Shown: positions 28,975-39,869, numbered from the stretch's first letter. The stretch: 64,000 nucleotides of DNA from an uncultured Acidobacteriota bacterium (GCA_963847075.1 CAWJYL010000002.1:1276725-1340724); one strand, 5' to 3'. The notes: a model not told the origin generated them from the sequence alone. Made by a program: numbers and translations.

Positions 28975-30273
28975 GTGCTGCCCGTGGTGCGCCGCTTCGC
29001 CGCCGTTCTCACCCTCACCGCCGCCGCCCTGGCCGGGGCCACGCCTCTGTCGTCTCGGCGCAGCGAGATCGTCCTGGTGGTCGAGAAGGTCTCCCCCGCC
29101 GTCGTCAACATCTCCGCTGATCAGATCCAGCGCCGCCGGCCGTCGGTGTTCGACGATTTCTTCTTCGGATTCGACTCCCGGCGGGAGCGCCACAGCCAGT
29201 CGCTCGGCTCCGGCGCGATCATCGACCCGAAGGGCATTATCATCACCAACGAGCACGTCGTCTCCGGCGCCTCGAAGATCGTCGCCATGACGAAGTCCGG
29301 CATGGAGCTCGAGTGCGAGCTCGTCGGCTCCGACTCCGACAACGACCTCGCGGTCCTGCGCGTTCGCAAGCCGACCGCCGCCCTGCCGGCCCTCAAGCTC
29401 GGTTCGTCCTCGGACCTCATGATCGGGGAAACGATCGTCGCCATTGGAAACCCCTTCGGCCTTTCGCACACGGTCACCGCCGGCGTCGTCTCCGCCACGG
29501 GGCGCAGCGTCCGGGGCGAGAACAATCAGACGTATACGGATTTCATCCAGACGGATGCTTCCATCAACCCCGGCAACTCGGGCGGCCCCCTCGTGAATGT
29601 CGACGGCGAAATGGTCGGTGTCGCCACGGCGATCATCGGCGGCGCACAGGGAATCGGTTTCGCCATTCCGGCCGATCGCGCGCGCCGCGTCGTCGATGAC
29701 CTCCTGCGCTACGGTGAAGTGCGGGCGGTCTGGGTCGGCATCCGGGGCAAGACGCTCGTCTCCGGAGACGAGAACCGGCCGCACGGGTTTCGCGTGCGCG
29801 CCGTCTACCCCAACTCCCCGGCATCCCGCGCCGGCGTGCGCGAGGGCGACCTCGTCGTCTCGGTGGATGGCAATCCCGTCGATTCGCAGGAGGGCTTCGA
29901 GACCATCCTCTCGACGAAGGGCCCGGGCCGCCCCCTGAAGATCGTTCTGCGCGGCAAGCAGGGAGAGCGCACGATCACGCTGCAGGGCGAGGCGGCTCCG
30001 GCCGGCATCGGGACGCGCATCCTGCGCGACGCCATCGGCGTCAGCCTGCGGCCCGACGGCGACGGCGTCCGCATCGTGGTCGCGGACCGTGACGGGCTGG
30101 CCGCGCAGGCGGGACTGAAGACCGGAGACCGCCTCCTGTCCCTCAACGGGACCGAGGTTCAGGCGACCGACGACGTGGACCGCATCCTGCAACGGGACTT
30201 CAACAAGCCAAGCCTCGTCGCCGTCATCGGGCGTGGGCGGTTTTCTTACACGCTGACGTTTCCGCTCGATTAA
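28975..30273 (+). CDS. htrA: DegP/HtrA-family periplasmic serine protease with two PDZ domains
   Basis: GTG start with signal peptide. Catalytic triad context (TNEHVV, DLAVLRV, GNSGGPLVN). Two PDZ-like regions. Confidence 0.9.
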   Translation: MLPVVRRFAAVLTLTAAALAGATPLSSRRSEIVLVVEKVSPAVVNISADQIQRRRPSVFDDFFFGFDSRRERHSQSLGSGAIIDPKGIIITNEHVVSGASKIVAMTKSGMELECELVGSDSDNDLAVLRVRKPTAALPALKLGSSSDLMIGETIVAIGNPFGLSHTVTAGVVSATGRSVRGENNQTYTDFIQTDASINPGNSGGPLVNVDGEMVGVATAIIGGAQGIGFAIPADRARRVVDDLLRYGEVRAVWVGIRGKTLVSGDENRPHGFRVRAVYPNSPASRAGVREGDLVVSVDGNPVDSQEGFETILSTKGPGRPLKIVLRGKQGERTITLQGEAAPAGIGTRILRDAIGVSLRPDGDGVRIVVADRDGLAAQAGLKTGDRLLSLNGTEVQATDDVDRILQRDFNKPSLVAVIGRGRFSYTLTFPLD

Positions 30274-30543
30274 CGTCGCCTCCGCTCCGCGAGGGGTCTG
30301 CGCGCCGTCGCGCGCACCGGCGCCCGGCTCGCCCGGGTGCGGGCTCGACCGGACGCCTGACCCCTCGTTCCGCTCCGGCTCCCGCGTCGCGAACCTCCTC
30401 CCTCCCTCCGGTCGGGAGACTATTCGCGACGCGAGCTATTGGGCGCGCGAGTGGCTCGGCGAGCGGCAGTCCGCTCAGTGCCTCAGGATCTCGTGGCCAC
30501 GCGGGACCCGAGTAGGCTAGCATCGGGCGCCTTGGATGGTCCG

Positions 30544-31962
30544 ATGCGCCCCCGCGTGCGCTTTGCGCCCTCCCCGACCGGCCTGCTGCACGTCGGGGGC
30601 GCGCGCACGGCCCTCTACAACCTCCTTTTCGCGCGCCACGAGAAGGGCACCTTCATCCTCCGCATCGAGGACACCGACGTCGAGCGCTCGCGCGAGGAGA
30701 TGACCGCGCAGATTCTGTCGGCCATGGAGTGGCTCGGCCTCGACTACGACGAGGGGCCGTTCTACCAGTCGGGACGCCACGACCTCTACCGCGCGGCAGC
30801 GGACCGGCTCATCGGCGAAGGAAAGGCCTATCGCGCCTTCGAGACGCCCGAGGAGCTCGACATCGAGCGCAAGAGGGCCGAGGCGGCCGGGAAGGCCTAC
30901 CGTTACTCGGGTGCCGGCCGGTCGATTCCCGCCGACGAGAGCGAGCGCCGCGCACGCGCCGGAGAACGCCACGTCGTCCGCCTCCGGATGCCCGCCGAGA
31001 CGATCGTCGTGGACGACCTCATCCGCGGCCGCGTGGAGTTTCCGGCCGACGCCCTCGACGACTTCGTTCTCGTGCGCTCCGACGGGCATCCCCTCTACCA
31101 CTTCTGTGTCTGCGTCGACGACGCCGAGATGCGGATCACCCACGTCATCCGCGGGGACGACCATCTCGCGAACACGCCCAAGCACGTCGCCCTGTTCCGG
31201 GCTCTCGGCGCCCCGATCCCGAAGTTCGCCCACCTCGGCATGATCCTCGGCACCGACCGCAAGAAGCTCTCCAAGAGGCACGGCGCGGCCGCCGTCGAGG
31301 AATGGCGCGACGAGGGCATTCTCCCCGAGGCGCTCTTCAACTTCCTCGCGCTCCTCGGCTGGGCTCCGGGCGGGGATCGCGAGATTTTGAGCCGCGAAGA
31401 AATGGAGCGGGAGTTCTCGCTCGACCGGGTCGGCGCCTCGCCGTCCGTCTTCGACCCGGAGAAGCTGCTGTGGATGAACGCGCAGTACATCGCGCAGATG
31501 CCGGCCGCAGAGCTGCTCACGCGTTCACTTCCCCATGCGGCGGCGGGTGCTCCCGCCGAGGAGATCGCCCTTCGCGCGATCGATCTCCACCGGCCTCGCG
31601 TGCGCACGACGATCGAGATGGGTCGGGCGCTTTCGTCCTACGCCCGCGACCCCTCCAGCTACGAGCCGGAGGGGCTCAAGAAGCACGTCAAGCCCGACAC
31701 GCCGCGGCACCTCGAGAACCTGGCCGCGCGCCTCGAAGCGCTGCCCGACTGGTCCGCGGCGACGACCGAGACGGCCCTGCGGGAGACCGCAGAGGCCGAG
31801 CGGGTCCCCGCGGGCAAGCTCATCCACCCGACGCGGCTGGCTCTGACCGGTGTCACGGTCGGCGCGCCCCTCTTCGACGTCGCGGAGCTGCTCGGCAGGG
31901 AAACGAGCCTGCGCCGGCTGCGCGGGTTCATCGAAGCCATGAAGGCAAGAACCCCGGCCTAG
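30544..31962 (+). CDS. gltX: glutamate--tRNA ligase
   Basis: Start MRPRVRFAPSPTGLLHVGGARTALYN (HIGH motif). KMSKS variant KLSKR. Confidence 0.95.
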   Translation: MRPRVRFAPSPTGLLHVGGARTALYNLLFARHEKGTFILRIEDTDVERSREEMTAQILSAMEWLGLDYDEGPFYQSGRHDLYRAAADRLIGEGKAYRAFETPEELDIERKRAEAAGKAYRYSGAGRSIPADESERRARAGERHVVRLRMPAETIVVDDLIRGRVEFPADALDDFVLVRSDGHPLYHFCVCVDDAEMRITHVIRGDDHLANTPKHVALFRALGAPIPKFAHLGMILGTDRKKLSKRHGAAAVEEWRDEGILPEALFNFLALLGWAPGGDREILSREEMEREFSLDRVGASPSVFDPEKLLWMNAQYIAQMPAAELLTRSLPHAAAGAPAEEIALRAIDLHRPRVRTTIEMGRALSSYARDPSSYEPEGLKKHVKPDTPRHLENLAARLEALPDWSAATTETALRETAEAERVPAGKLIHPTRLALTGVTVGAPLFDVAELLGRETSLRRLRGFIEAMKARTPA

Positions 31963-31983
31963 AGTCGGATCACGCGACCCCTG

Positions 31984-32322
31984 TCAGCCCCCGACCCGGT
32001 AATCCTCCCGGAGCTTGCGCAGATCCTTCAGCGCGCCGCGCAGGACCCCGATCACGCGGGAGACTTCCCTTCCGTAGAATTTCATCTCCGCATCGCAATC
32101 GGTGAGAGCGTAGACCGCCTCGTCCTTTTCCAGCCGATCCTTCTCGAAGGTCAGCCTCTCGATCATCTCGTCGAGCTCCCCGCGCAGCACGAAAGCGATG
32201 TCGCGCACGCCGAGATACCGGCTGCACTGGGGGCAGTGAACCTCCTCCGTGCCGGCATCGGGCACGCTGTCGATCACGAACTGGCGTTCGCAGCGCGGGC
32301 ACTCGAAGACTTCGGGGATCAT
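31984..32322 (-). CDS. small zinc-ribbon protein
   Basis: 112 aa, MIPEVFECPRCERQF...VHCPQCSRYLG (two CxxC pairs), then an acidic helical tail. Embedded in the longer spurious ORF 31984..32802. Confidence 0.5.
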   Translation of the reverse strand: MIPEVFECPRCERQFVIDSVPDAGTEEVHCPQCSRYLGVRDIAFVLRGELDEMIERLTFEKDRLEKDEAVYALTDCDAEMKFYGREVSRVIGVLRGALKDLRKLREDYRVGG

Positions 32323-32467
32323 GGCCGTCTGATCCCCGAGTGTACCTTCCGCGACGGCGATTTTCCGCTCCCCGGGGACGCGCAAAGCCCTTACAATGCC
32401 GGCAGGTCGGCGTGTGGCTGGCCGCACCGCCGCTCCCCTGCAGCCCGGCGGCCGCAAGCGACCTCTC

Positions 32468-33565
32468 ATGAAATTCGTCGTCGTCGTGGGTACACGCCCG
32501 GAGGCCATCAAGATGGCTCCCGTCATCCGGCGCCTCCGGGAGGAGACGGGCAGCCAGACTCTTCTCTGCGCGACGGCCCAGCACCGCGAGATGCTCGACC
32601 AGGTCCTCGCCCTCTTCGCGCTCGAACCCGACATCGACCTCGACCTCATGCGCCCGGACCAGACGCCCAACGAGCTCGCCTCGCGCGCCCTGGCCGGGCT
32701 CGACGCGGTGATCGCGCGCGAGAGGCCCGACTGGCTCCTCGTCCAGGGGGACACGACGACGGCCATGTGCGCCGCGATCGCCGCCTTCCACCGCCGGGTC
32801 AAGGTCGGTCACGTCGAGGCCGGCCTGCGCACGGGGGATTTCCAGCATCCCTTCCCCGAGGAGATGAACCGCCGGGTCGTCGATCTGATCTCGGACGCGA
32901 ACTTCGCGCCTACACGCCGCGCCGCCAAGGCGCTTGCCGCCGAGGACGTCCCCGAAGCCAAGATCTTCCTGACGGGCAACACGGTCGTCGACGCCCTCGA
33001 GCAGATCGTCCGCGGCGAGGGCGACTCGCCCGAGGAGGACCTCGTCCTGATCACGGCGCATCGCCGCGAGAGCTTCGGGCTTCCGCTCGAGGGCATCGTG
33101 CGGGCGATCGGGCGTCTGGCAAGCGCGTTTCCCGCGACGCGCTTCATCCACGTGATCCATCCGAACCCCAACGTCGCTTCCGTCGTGCGCCGCAACGCGG
33201 GGCTGCCCAACGTGACCCTCGTCGAGCCGCTCGACTATCTCGCCCTCGTCCGGCTCATGCGCCGCGCGCGCCTCATCCTCACGGATTCCGGCGGCATCCA
33301 GGAGGAGGCGCCGACGTTCCACAAGCCGGTGCTCGTCCTGCGCGAGAAGACCGAGCGCCCCGAGGGTGTGGAGGCGGGGCTCGCCGAGCTCGTCGGCACG
33401 GACGAAGAGCGGATCTACGAACGTGCCCGCACGCTTTTGAGCGACGGCGCCGCGCGCCGCCGGATGGCCGGCCGGGCGAACCCTTACGGCGACGGCCGGG
33501 CGGCCGAGCGGATCGCGGCGATCCTCTCCGGGCGGCCCTTCGCCCCTTTCGCGCCGCCCCCATGA
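32468..33565 (+). CDS. wecB: UDP-N-acetylglucosamine 2-epimerase (non-hydrolysing)
   Basis: MKFVVVVGTRPEAIKMAPV..., HVEAGLRT, TDSGGIQEEAP. Confidence 0.9.
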   Translation: MKFVVVVGTRPEAIKMAPVIRRLREETGSQTLLCATAQHREMLDQVLALFALEPDIDLDLMRPDQTPNELASRALAGLDAVIARERPDWLLVQGDTTTAMCAAIAAFHRRVKVGHVEAGLRTGDFQHPFPEEMNRRVVDLISDANFAPTRRAAKALAAEDVPEAKIFLTGNTVVDALEQIVRGEGDSPEEDLVLITAHRRESFGLPLEGIVRAIGRLASAFPATRFIHVIHPNPNVASVVRRNAGLPNVTLVEPLDYLALVRLMRRARLILTDSGGIQEEAPTFHKPVLVLREKTERPEGVEAGLAELVGTDEERIYERARTLLSDGAARRRMAGRANPYGDGRAAERIAAILSGRPFAPFAPPP

Positions 33566-33593
33566 CCGCCCGCCGGAACGAGCCGACCCGCAT

Positions 33594-34901
33594 ATGAGAC
33601 CGGAATGGGAACGGGGCCTGCGCGGTCGGATCTATGCCTTCGGTCGCCGTGCGGTTCCGATCGCCTGGCGGCGGGCCCTGCGGCGGCGCATGCGGCCCGA
33701 GCGGCTGCTCGGGATCCGCAAGCCCGAAGTCGAGCTCTCGCGCTACGAGCTCGATCCGGGCCGCCCGAGGCCTGGGCGCCCCGACATCGTTATCCTGCCC
33801 ATCATTGCCTGGAGCTACCGCCGCCAGCGCCCGCAACAGCTGGCCGAGGCGCTGGCCCGCCGGCGGATGCGCATCTTCTACGGGTCCCTGCGCGGCACCG
33901 GCGAGCCGGACAGGCCCATCGGCGTCGCTCCCGGGGTGACCCTCCTGCCCATTGCCGGCGCGCGCCGCGAGGACCTCGGGGATCGCAAGCTCGCCGATGC
34001 CGCCCTGGAAGCCGCGTTCGAGAGCCTCGCCGCCTGGCGCGAGCGCTTCGACCTGCGCGAGGCCGTCCTGCTCGTCCAGTCGCCGTTCTGGGCGCCGCTC
34101 GCCGGCCCGCTGCGCGAGAGCTTCGGATGGCGCGTCGTGTACGACTGCCTGGACGCGCACGAAGAGTTCTCGACCAACCGGCCCCAGATCCTCGCCGAGG
34201 CGGAGCGGGAGCTGGCAGGCGGCGCGGATCTCGTCGTCGCGACCTCGGAGTCGCTGCGGAAGCAGATGGCCGCGTTGACCGGCGACTGCCGCCTGCTTCC
34301 CAACGCCTGCGACTTCGATCTCTTCGCGGAGACCCCGGAGCCCGCTCCGGCGGACACCGCGAACCTGACAGTCGGCTACGTCGGCGCCGTGGACGAGTGG
34401 TTCGACATGCCGCTTCTGGCGGGGCTCGCGGCCCTGTGCCCGACGTGGCGATTCGAGATCGTCGGCGGTCTCGAAGGTGTGGCCCTCGAGGTTCCGCGCC
34501 TTCCGAACCTGGCCTTCTACGGCGAACGGCCCCACCGGGAGATGCCCCGGTTCCGCGCACGGTTCGACGTCGAGATCATTCCCTTTCGCCTCTCCGGCCT
34601 GACGCACGCAACCGACCCGGTCAAGCTGTACGAGGCGGCGGCGGCCGGACGGACGGTCGTCGCCACCCCGATGCGGTCCCTCGAACCGTTCGCCCGTCGG
34701 GGGCTCGTGCGCCTCGCGGCGACACCCGAGGAGTTCGTTCGCGAGATCGAGGCGGCCGTGGCCGAGGGGACCGCCGGCTCGCGGCGTCAGCGGGCCTTTG
34801 CGCGCGAGAATACCTGGGACATCCGCGCGGCCACCCTCGAGGGCTGGTTGACCCGGGCGGACACCCGTGGCACCGTGCGGGGCGAGGCCGATCGTTCGTG
34901 A
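33594..34901 (+). CDS. glycosyltransferase, GT-B fold (family 4/1-like)
   Basis: 435 aa. C-terminal GT-B nucleotide-sugar domain (GYVGAVDEWFDMPLL...FDVEIIPFRLS...KLYEAAAAGRTVVAT). Confidence 0.65.
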   Translation: MRPEWERGLRGRIYAFGRRAVPIAWRRALRRRMRPERLLGIRKPEVELSRYELDPGRPRPGRPDIVILPIIAWSYRRQRPQQLAEALARRRMRIFYGSLRGTGEPDRPIGVAPGVTLLPIAGARREDLGDRKLADAALEAAFESLAAWRERFDLREAVLLVQSPFWAPLAGPLRESFGWRVVYDCLDAHEEFSTNRPQILAEAERELAGGADLVVATSESLRKQMAALTGDCRLLPNACDFDLFAETPEPAPADTANLTVGYVGAVDEWFDMPLLAGLAALCPTWRFEIVGGLEGVALEVPRLPNLAFYGERPHREMPRFRARFDVEIIPFRLSGLTHATDPVKLYEAAAAGRTVVATPMRSLEPFARRGLVRLAATPEEFVREIEAAVAEGTAGSRRQRAFARENTWDIRAATLEGWLTRADTRGTVRGEADRS

Positions 34902-34932
34902 GACACAGCGCTTGAGCAAGGGTCCCGCCGCC

Positions 34933-35754
34933 ATGCCCGGCGCTCCGGTCTACGATTCGGCGCGGCAAAGACCCTTCTGGCTCGAGGAGGGGGTGAACCT
35001 CTGGCGTTACCGGGGCCTCGTCCACGAGCTCGTCATCCGCGACATCAAGGTCCGCTACAAGCGGTCCTTTCTCGGGATCCTATGGACGATGCTGGCGCCC
35101 CTGCTGAACATGATCGCCCTCACGCTGGTCTTCTCGGCGCTCCTGAAGATGTCCATCCGAAACTACCCCGTCTATTTCATGGCCGGGTCCATCTTCTGGA
35201 CGTTCTTCTCGCAGACGACCTCGACCGCGACGGCGCAGACCCTTGGCTCCAACGAGCTCGCGAAACGAATGTTCGTCCCGCGCTCGGTCTTCATCGCATC
35301 GGCCCTGGGCGGCGGCCTGGTCAACCTCTTCCTGTCGCTCGTCCCGCTGCTCCTGATCCTCGTCGCGACGGGCTACCCGCTCTACGCAACCTGGGCCTTC
35401 CTGCCCATCTCGGTGTTGATCACCGCCCTCTTCACGGCCGGCGTTTCCCTGGTGCTCTTCACCGTGGCATCGCGGTTTGCCGACATCAAGGAGATGTACC
35501 TCGTCATCGTGCAGACCTGGTTCTTCCTGACGCCGATCGTGTATCACCCATCGATCGTGCCGTTCCGCTACCGGATCGCGCTGTGGGCGAACCCGATGTA
35601 CTACCTCGTCCAGGTCTTCCGAAAGCCGATCTACGACGGCGTGATTCCCTCGGCGGAACTCACCCTCGGCTCGCTCGCCCTCTCGGTCGTCGTTCTCGTG
35701 ACGGGCTGGGTCTTCTTCTGCCACCGCCGCGACAACATGGCTTACTGGAGCTGA
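34933..35754 (+). CDS. ABC-2 type polysaccharide/teichoic-acid exporter permease (Wzm/TagG-like)
   Basis: ABC-2 signature ELVIRDIKVRYKRSFLGILWTMLAPL followed by six TM helices. Confidence 0.8.
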   Translation: MPGAPVYDSARQRPFWLEEGVNLWRYRGLVHELVIRDIKVRYKRSFLGILWTMLAPLLNMIALTLVFSALLKMSIRNYPVYFMAGSIFWTFFSQTTSTATAQTLGSNELAKRMFVPRSVFIASALGGGLVNLFLSLVPLLLILVATGYPLYATWAFLPISVLITALFTAGVSLVLFTVASRFADIKEMYLVIVQTWFFLTPIVYHPSIVPFRYRIALWANPMYYLVQVFRKPIYDGVIPSAELTLGSLALSVVVLVTGWVFFCHRRDNMAYWS

Positions 35755-35767
35755 GCGGGCGAGGATC

Positions 35768-36520
35768 ATGACCGAGGTCATCCGTCTCGAGAAGGTCACC
35801 CTCCGGTACCGCGTGCCGCGGGAGCGCATCTTTTCGCTCAAGGAATATGCGATCCACCGCCTGCAGAAGCGCATCGTGTACGACGACTTCACCGCCCTCT
35901 CCGAGATCGACCTCTCGGTCACGGCCGGCGAGCGCGTGGGCGTCATCGGCCGCAACGGAGCCGGCAAGAGCACGCTCTTCCGGATCATCTCCCGCGTGCT
36001 GCCGCCGGGAGAGGGCCGCGTCTACGTCGCTGGCCGGATCGCTCCGATCCTCGAGCTCGGCCTCGGATTCCACGGCGAGCTCACCGGCCGCGAGAACGTC
36101 ATGCTCCAGGGTGCGCTGCTCGGCTTCTCGCGGGCCGAGACCCGCCGCCGGCTCGACCGCATCGTCGCCTGGGCGGAGCTCGAGGAGTTCATCGACGCGC
36201 CGATCCGGACGTTTTCGACCGGCATGGCCGCGCGCCTCGCCTTCGCCGTCGCGACGGACGTCGATCCGGACATCCTTCTCGTCGACGAGGCCCTCGCCGT
36301 CGGCGACGAGAAGTTCCAGCGCAAGTGCAAGGAGCGCATGGCCGCCCTGCGCTCGGGCGGCAAGACCTTCATGCTGGTCTCCCATTCGCTCCAGCAGATT
36401 CGCCGCACGTGCGACCGCGTGATCTGGCTCCACCACGGACGCATCGTCCGCGACGGCGACGCCCGAACCGTCTGCGACGCGTACCACCTCTGGTCGCTCG
36501 GCGAGACCGACGCGGTCTAG
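35768..36520 (+). CDS. ABC transporter ATP-binding protein (Wzt/TagH-like)
   Basis: Walker A GRNGAGKST, signature FSTGMAARLAF, Walker B ILLVDEAL. Confidence 0.9.
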   Translation: MTEVIRLEKVTLRYRVPRERIFSLKEYAIHRLQKRIVYDDFTALSEIDLSVTAGERVGVIGRNGAGKSTLFRIISRVLPPGEGRVYVAGRIAPILELGLGFHGELTGRENVMLQGALLGFSRAETRRRLDRIVAWAELEEFIDAPIRTFSTGMAARLAFAVATDVDPDILLVDEALAVGDEKFQRKCKERMAALRSGGKTFMLVSHSLQQIRRTCDRVIWLHHGRIVRDGDARTVCDAYHLWSLGETDAV

Positions 36521-36684
36521 CCTCCCCCGTAATCCCGAGGGCGAATTCCACGCGCAGCCAAACCGCCGTAAACGGATCCTCGGCCTGGCGGCCCTCGGAA
36601 TGATCGCGGACGGCGCTGCGGGCTTCGCCGGCGAAAACGAACGGGCGCGGCGTGAGCCGCGCCCGCCATTCGAAGGTCAACGCC

Positions 36685-37260
36685 TTACGGTACGTGCGGC
36701 AGGTTGAACGCCACGCTCAGGAAGACCGCCATCTCCGCGTTCGTCGACCACCCGTTGGTGGGAGCCGGATTGCTCGGGTCGTGGTCCGGGCAGAACAGCT
36801 TCGGACTCGTGCTGCAGCCGGCCGTGATGCCCTCGTTGTAGAGCGCGTTGACCCACGGCGCGAACCCGTTCGAGCACGGCACATCGTCGAAGATCGGCGT
36901 GACGCAGGCGGGCGGTACCCAACCCGACCCGTGCTTGCCGAGCAGGACGAAAACCGCCATCTGCTCGCGCGGAATCGGAGCGTCCGGGCAGTACAACCGC
37001 GGGTTCACGCTGCATCCCGCCGTGATCCCGTCGTCCACCAGGCCCTGGATGTAGTTGGCGTTGAAGTCGTTGAAGAACACGTCCTGGAACTCGCCCAGAT
37101 AGACCGGCGGGGATGTCTGCGATCCGTGGATCGCCCGCTCGATGTACCCGGCCATCGCGGCGCGGGTCACGAGCGAGCCCGGACAGAACAGGTAGTACTC
37201 GCAGCCATGCATGATGCCGGCGCCAGCCGCGCCGTAGGCGAAGTTCCAAGCGAAGCTGTC
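36685..37260. repeat. duplicated block, copy 1 (3' end of surface-protein gene A)
   Basis: Near-identical to 39870..40445 (offset 3185 bp). Mirrored by the identical alternate-frame ORFs 36848..37054 and 40033..40239. Confidence 0.75.
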
Positions 37261-39831
37261 AACCGGGACGTCGTTGAAAAGAACGGTAAGGTTGACGGGC
37301 ACGGGCGCGACAGGGTCGGGCGTGTCCGTCTCGACCTTCAATTGCGCCTGGCGCAGTCCGGGAAGCAGGCCCGCGGAGTTGAAGGTCACGGTCACCGGGA
37401 AAGGATTCGCGGCAACGTTGCGCGGCCGCACCGGTGCCGCACCGGGAACCGTGCCGGATGTCGGGCTCTCGGAGAGCCACGGAATGTCGATCGAGCAGAA
37501 GTTCTCCTCGCCGGAGTCGACCTCGTAAAGCGTCTGCGTATACTGATTGACCATCCACAAGTGACCGTCGCAATCGGCCTCCATGCCGGCGCCGCCGTGG
37601 TCGTCAAAGGCGCCGTCGGAGACGTGGAAGCTGCCGACGAGGGCGTAGTTGCTCTTCGCATCCAGAACCGAGATGGCGTTGTCGTCGAGGTCCTGGACCT
37701 GCACGAAAAGATGCCCTGTCTTCGGGTAGTACGCAAGGCCCGAGATGCCGAGACCCACGTACGCCGAGTCGAGAATCGTCCCCGCCGGGTCGAAATGGTA
37801 GATCGTGGCATCGAGCCACGAGCCCATGTAGTAGGTGTCCGTCGTTGGATCGTAGGCGAGGCCGCGCTCGGACGTGTCGATCTCCGTGCAGATCGTATTG
37901 CCCGTGACCTTTCGGGTCGACGGGTTCACTTCGAAAATGCACGCCGGAGCGGTCCCGTCGGTGGTGGCGACGTACCACATCATTCCGGTGTTCGCGTTGA
38001 ACGTCCCGTCAGCCGCCCACAGTGTGATCGCAGAGCTGATGTCGATCGTTGCATCGGTTTTCGTGGCATCCGAAAGGAACTTGTACAGGTCGGGCGTGAA
38101 GATGTCCGTCAGCCAGGTTGCGTCTGCGCTCTTGTCGAATCCCACACCCCATCCCTGATCGAGATCGGTCGAACCGGATGCCAGGATGTTTCCGGCGGCA
38201 AAGGGAAACTTGGGTTTGACGGGTCCGGAGAATCTCGGAACCGGGGCCAAGCCCTTCGCATCCGCGGCGCCGGATAGCGTGCGCCGCTGCTTCGAGTCCT
38301 TGGGCAGCCGAGCGAGAGCCTGGTTTCTGAGAGCCGGTGAGGCGAACCCCTGCGTCAGGGAGGGCTTGGGCGGAATGTTGACCTCGAAAAGGTGGAAAGC
38401 GACATCCTGAGCGCCCGTATCGGTCAGGTCGAGCGTGAGGTCCTGGATGCTGTTGGTCTTGATGAAGGAGGAAAGGGGCTGCGGGCTCGCGTTCAACTGC
38501 CCCGCCGGCAGCACGAAGTCCTGCCGGACGACGCCGCCCAGGGCCACGGTCGGAGTCTCCTGCTCGGACACGTAGAACTGCTTCGCAGCCTGCAGGGTCT
38601 GCGCGCCCGCCGGGCAGAAGAGCGTGTAGAAGCCGTTTCCCTGGCCCGGATCCTCCGGCGTCGGAAATGTCTCCGTCGAGGAGCTGTTCCCGAGGTTCGT
38701 GACCGTGGCGTCATCGACGCCGTTTCCCGTGTTGGCGTTAGAGACGTTTCCGACGACGAGCCCTCCCGCTTGCGCCTGGCAAGTCGCCTCGGGATCGCCG
38801 AGCAGGACGTTGTCCACCTGCCACCAGCCACCCCAGAAGCTCTGGTAGTGGAAGCGGGCTTTCACGTTCGCCTGCCCCGCCGCAACACCCGAGATGTCGG
38901 CCGACTGGACCGAGGGCCCGACGATGTTGTCGCTCCCCGTCGCCTCCCAGACGTTCGTCCACGTGGTGCCGCCGTCGGTGCTGATGTCCACGTCGCCGAC
39001 CTGGGTGCGGTCGCAGAAGCTGCACTGTATGAACTCGGTGTTCCACTGGATGACGGCATTCGCGAGGGACGACATGTCGAGGCTGGGTGTGACCAGAGAT
39101 GTGTCGTCCGTAGTCTCGAGATCCGAAAAACACTGACTGTTCACGAGGGCGTAGGGGCCCGAACCACCCGTGTTGTTGCCAGGGAAGCTGCCGCAGGGAT
39201 CCCCGAGCGCCGTCACCTTCCAGTGCGCGCTGCCGGAGACGTTAACCACTTCCCAACCGGGGGGGACCTTGTCGGTCGAGAACGTCTCGAAGAGCGAGCC
39301 AACCGGGTAGCTGTATCCGGGAGCCGTGCATTCCACCGCGTCGATCTCCAGGGCCCAGTCCTGCTCGACCGGTCCATCCGTGGTCACCGGCCCGCCGCCC
39401 GGCAAATAACCGGGGCCGACGGCGGTCACGACGAACGTGTAGTCGACGCCGTCGGGGAGATCCATCGAATAGGCGCCCGTGACCGGGTCCGTGAAGACGA
39501 CGACGGGCTCCGTCGAATCCGACGTCGCCTCGATCCGCGCATAAAGCGGCCACCCGGCGCCCGAGCCGTCCGTGACCGTGCCGCTGACCGTGACGTTCGC
39601 GGTCACAGCCGTTGCCCGTCTGGCTCCAGCGATCCGCTTTGTCGTCGCCACCGGCCTGGCCGGAGAGTTGGCGGCGGCCGTCTTCGCCGGGGCCGCGACC
39701 CGAATTCCAGACGCAGCCCCCTTTTCGGGACGCGCGCCCTGCGCCAAAAGGACCAGCGAGTTTCCGGCAGCGGCGATGCACGCCACCGAGACCACCCGAG
39801 CCATGAGCTTCTTCACCAACGACCTGTTCAT
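36685..39831 (-). CDS. large secreted surface protein A: signal peptide, MAM/jelly-roll-like domain, Cna-B-like and beta-propeller-like repeats, three C-terminal SLH-like domains
   Basis: 1048 aa. GGAGGG then ATG (MNRSLVKKLMARVVSVACIAAAG). C-terminal triplicate motif GITAGC...L(Y/F)CPD...REQMAVF of SLH type. The upstream part of ORF 36685..40686 is an artefact of the duplicated DNA. Confidence 0.7.
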   Translation of the reverse strand: MNRSLVKKLMARVVSVACIAAAGNSLVLLAQGARPEKGAASGIRVAAPAKTAAANSPARPVATTKRIAGARRATAVTANVTVSGTVTDGSGAGWPLYARIEATSDSTEPVVVFTDPVTGAYSMDLPDGVDYTFVVTAVGPGYLPGGGPVTTDGPVEQDWALEIDAVECTAPGYSYPVGSLFETFSTDKVPPGWEVVNVSGSAHWKVTALGDPCGSFPGNNTGGSGPYALVNSQCFSDLETTDDTSLVTPSLDMSSLANAVIQWNTEFIQCSFCDRTQVGDVDISTDGGTTWTNVWEATGSDNIVGPSVQSADISGVAAGQANVKARFHYQSFWGGWWQVDNVLLGDPEATCQAQAGGLVVGNVSNANTGNGVDDATVTNLGNSSSTETFPTPEDPGQGNGFYTLFCPAGAQTLQAAKQFYVSEQETPTVALGGVVRQDFVLPAGQLNASPQPLSSFIKTNSIQDLTLDLTDTGAQDVAFHLFEVNIPPKPSLTQGFASPALRNQALARLPKDSKQRRTLSGAADAKGLAPVPRFSGPVKPKFPFAAGNILASGSTDLDQGWGVGFDKSADATWLTDIFTPDLYKFLSDATKTDATIDISSAITLWAADGTFNANTGMMWYVATTDGTAPACIFEVNPSTRKVTGNTICTEIDTSERGLAYDPTTDTYYMGSWLDATIYHFDPAGTILDSAYVGLGISGLAYYPKTGHLFVQVQDLDDNAISVLDAKSNYALVGSFHVSDGAFDDHGGAGMEADCDGHLWMVNQYTQTLYEVDSGEENFCSIDIPWLSESPTSGTVPGAAPVRPRNVAANPFPVTVTFNSAGLLPGLRQAQLKVETDTPDPVAPVPVNLTVLFNDVPVDSFAWNFAYGAAGAGIMHGCEYYLFCPGSLVTRAAMAGYIERAIHGSQTSPPVYLGEFQDVFFNDFNANYIQGLVDDGITAGCSVNPRLYCPDAPIPREQMAVFVLLGKHGSGWVPPACVTPIFDDVPCSNGFAPWVNALYNEGITAGCSTSPKLFCPDHDPSNPAPTNGWSTNAEMAVFLSVAFNLPHVP

Positions 39832-39869
39832 GAACGATCCCTCCTTCAGTCGAAGCGACATGGGCCCGC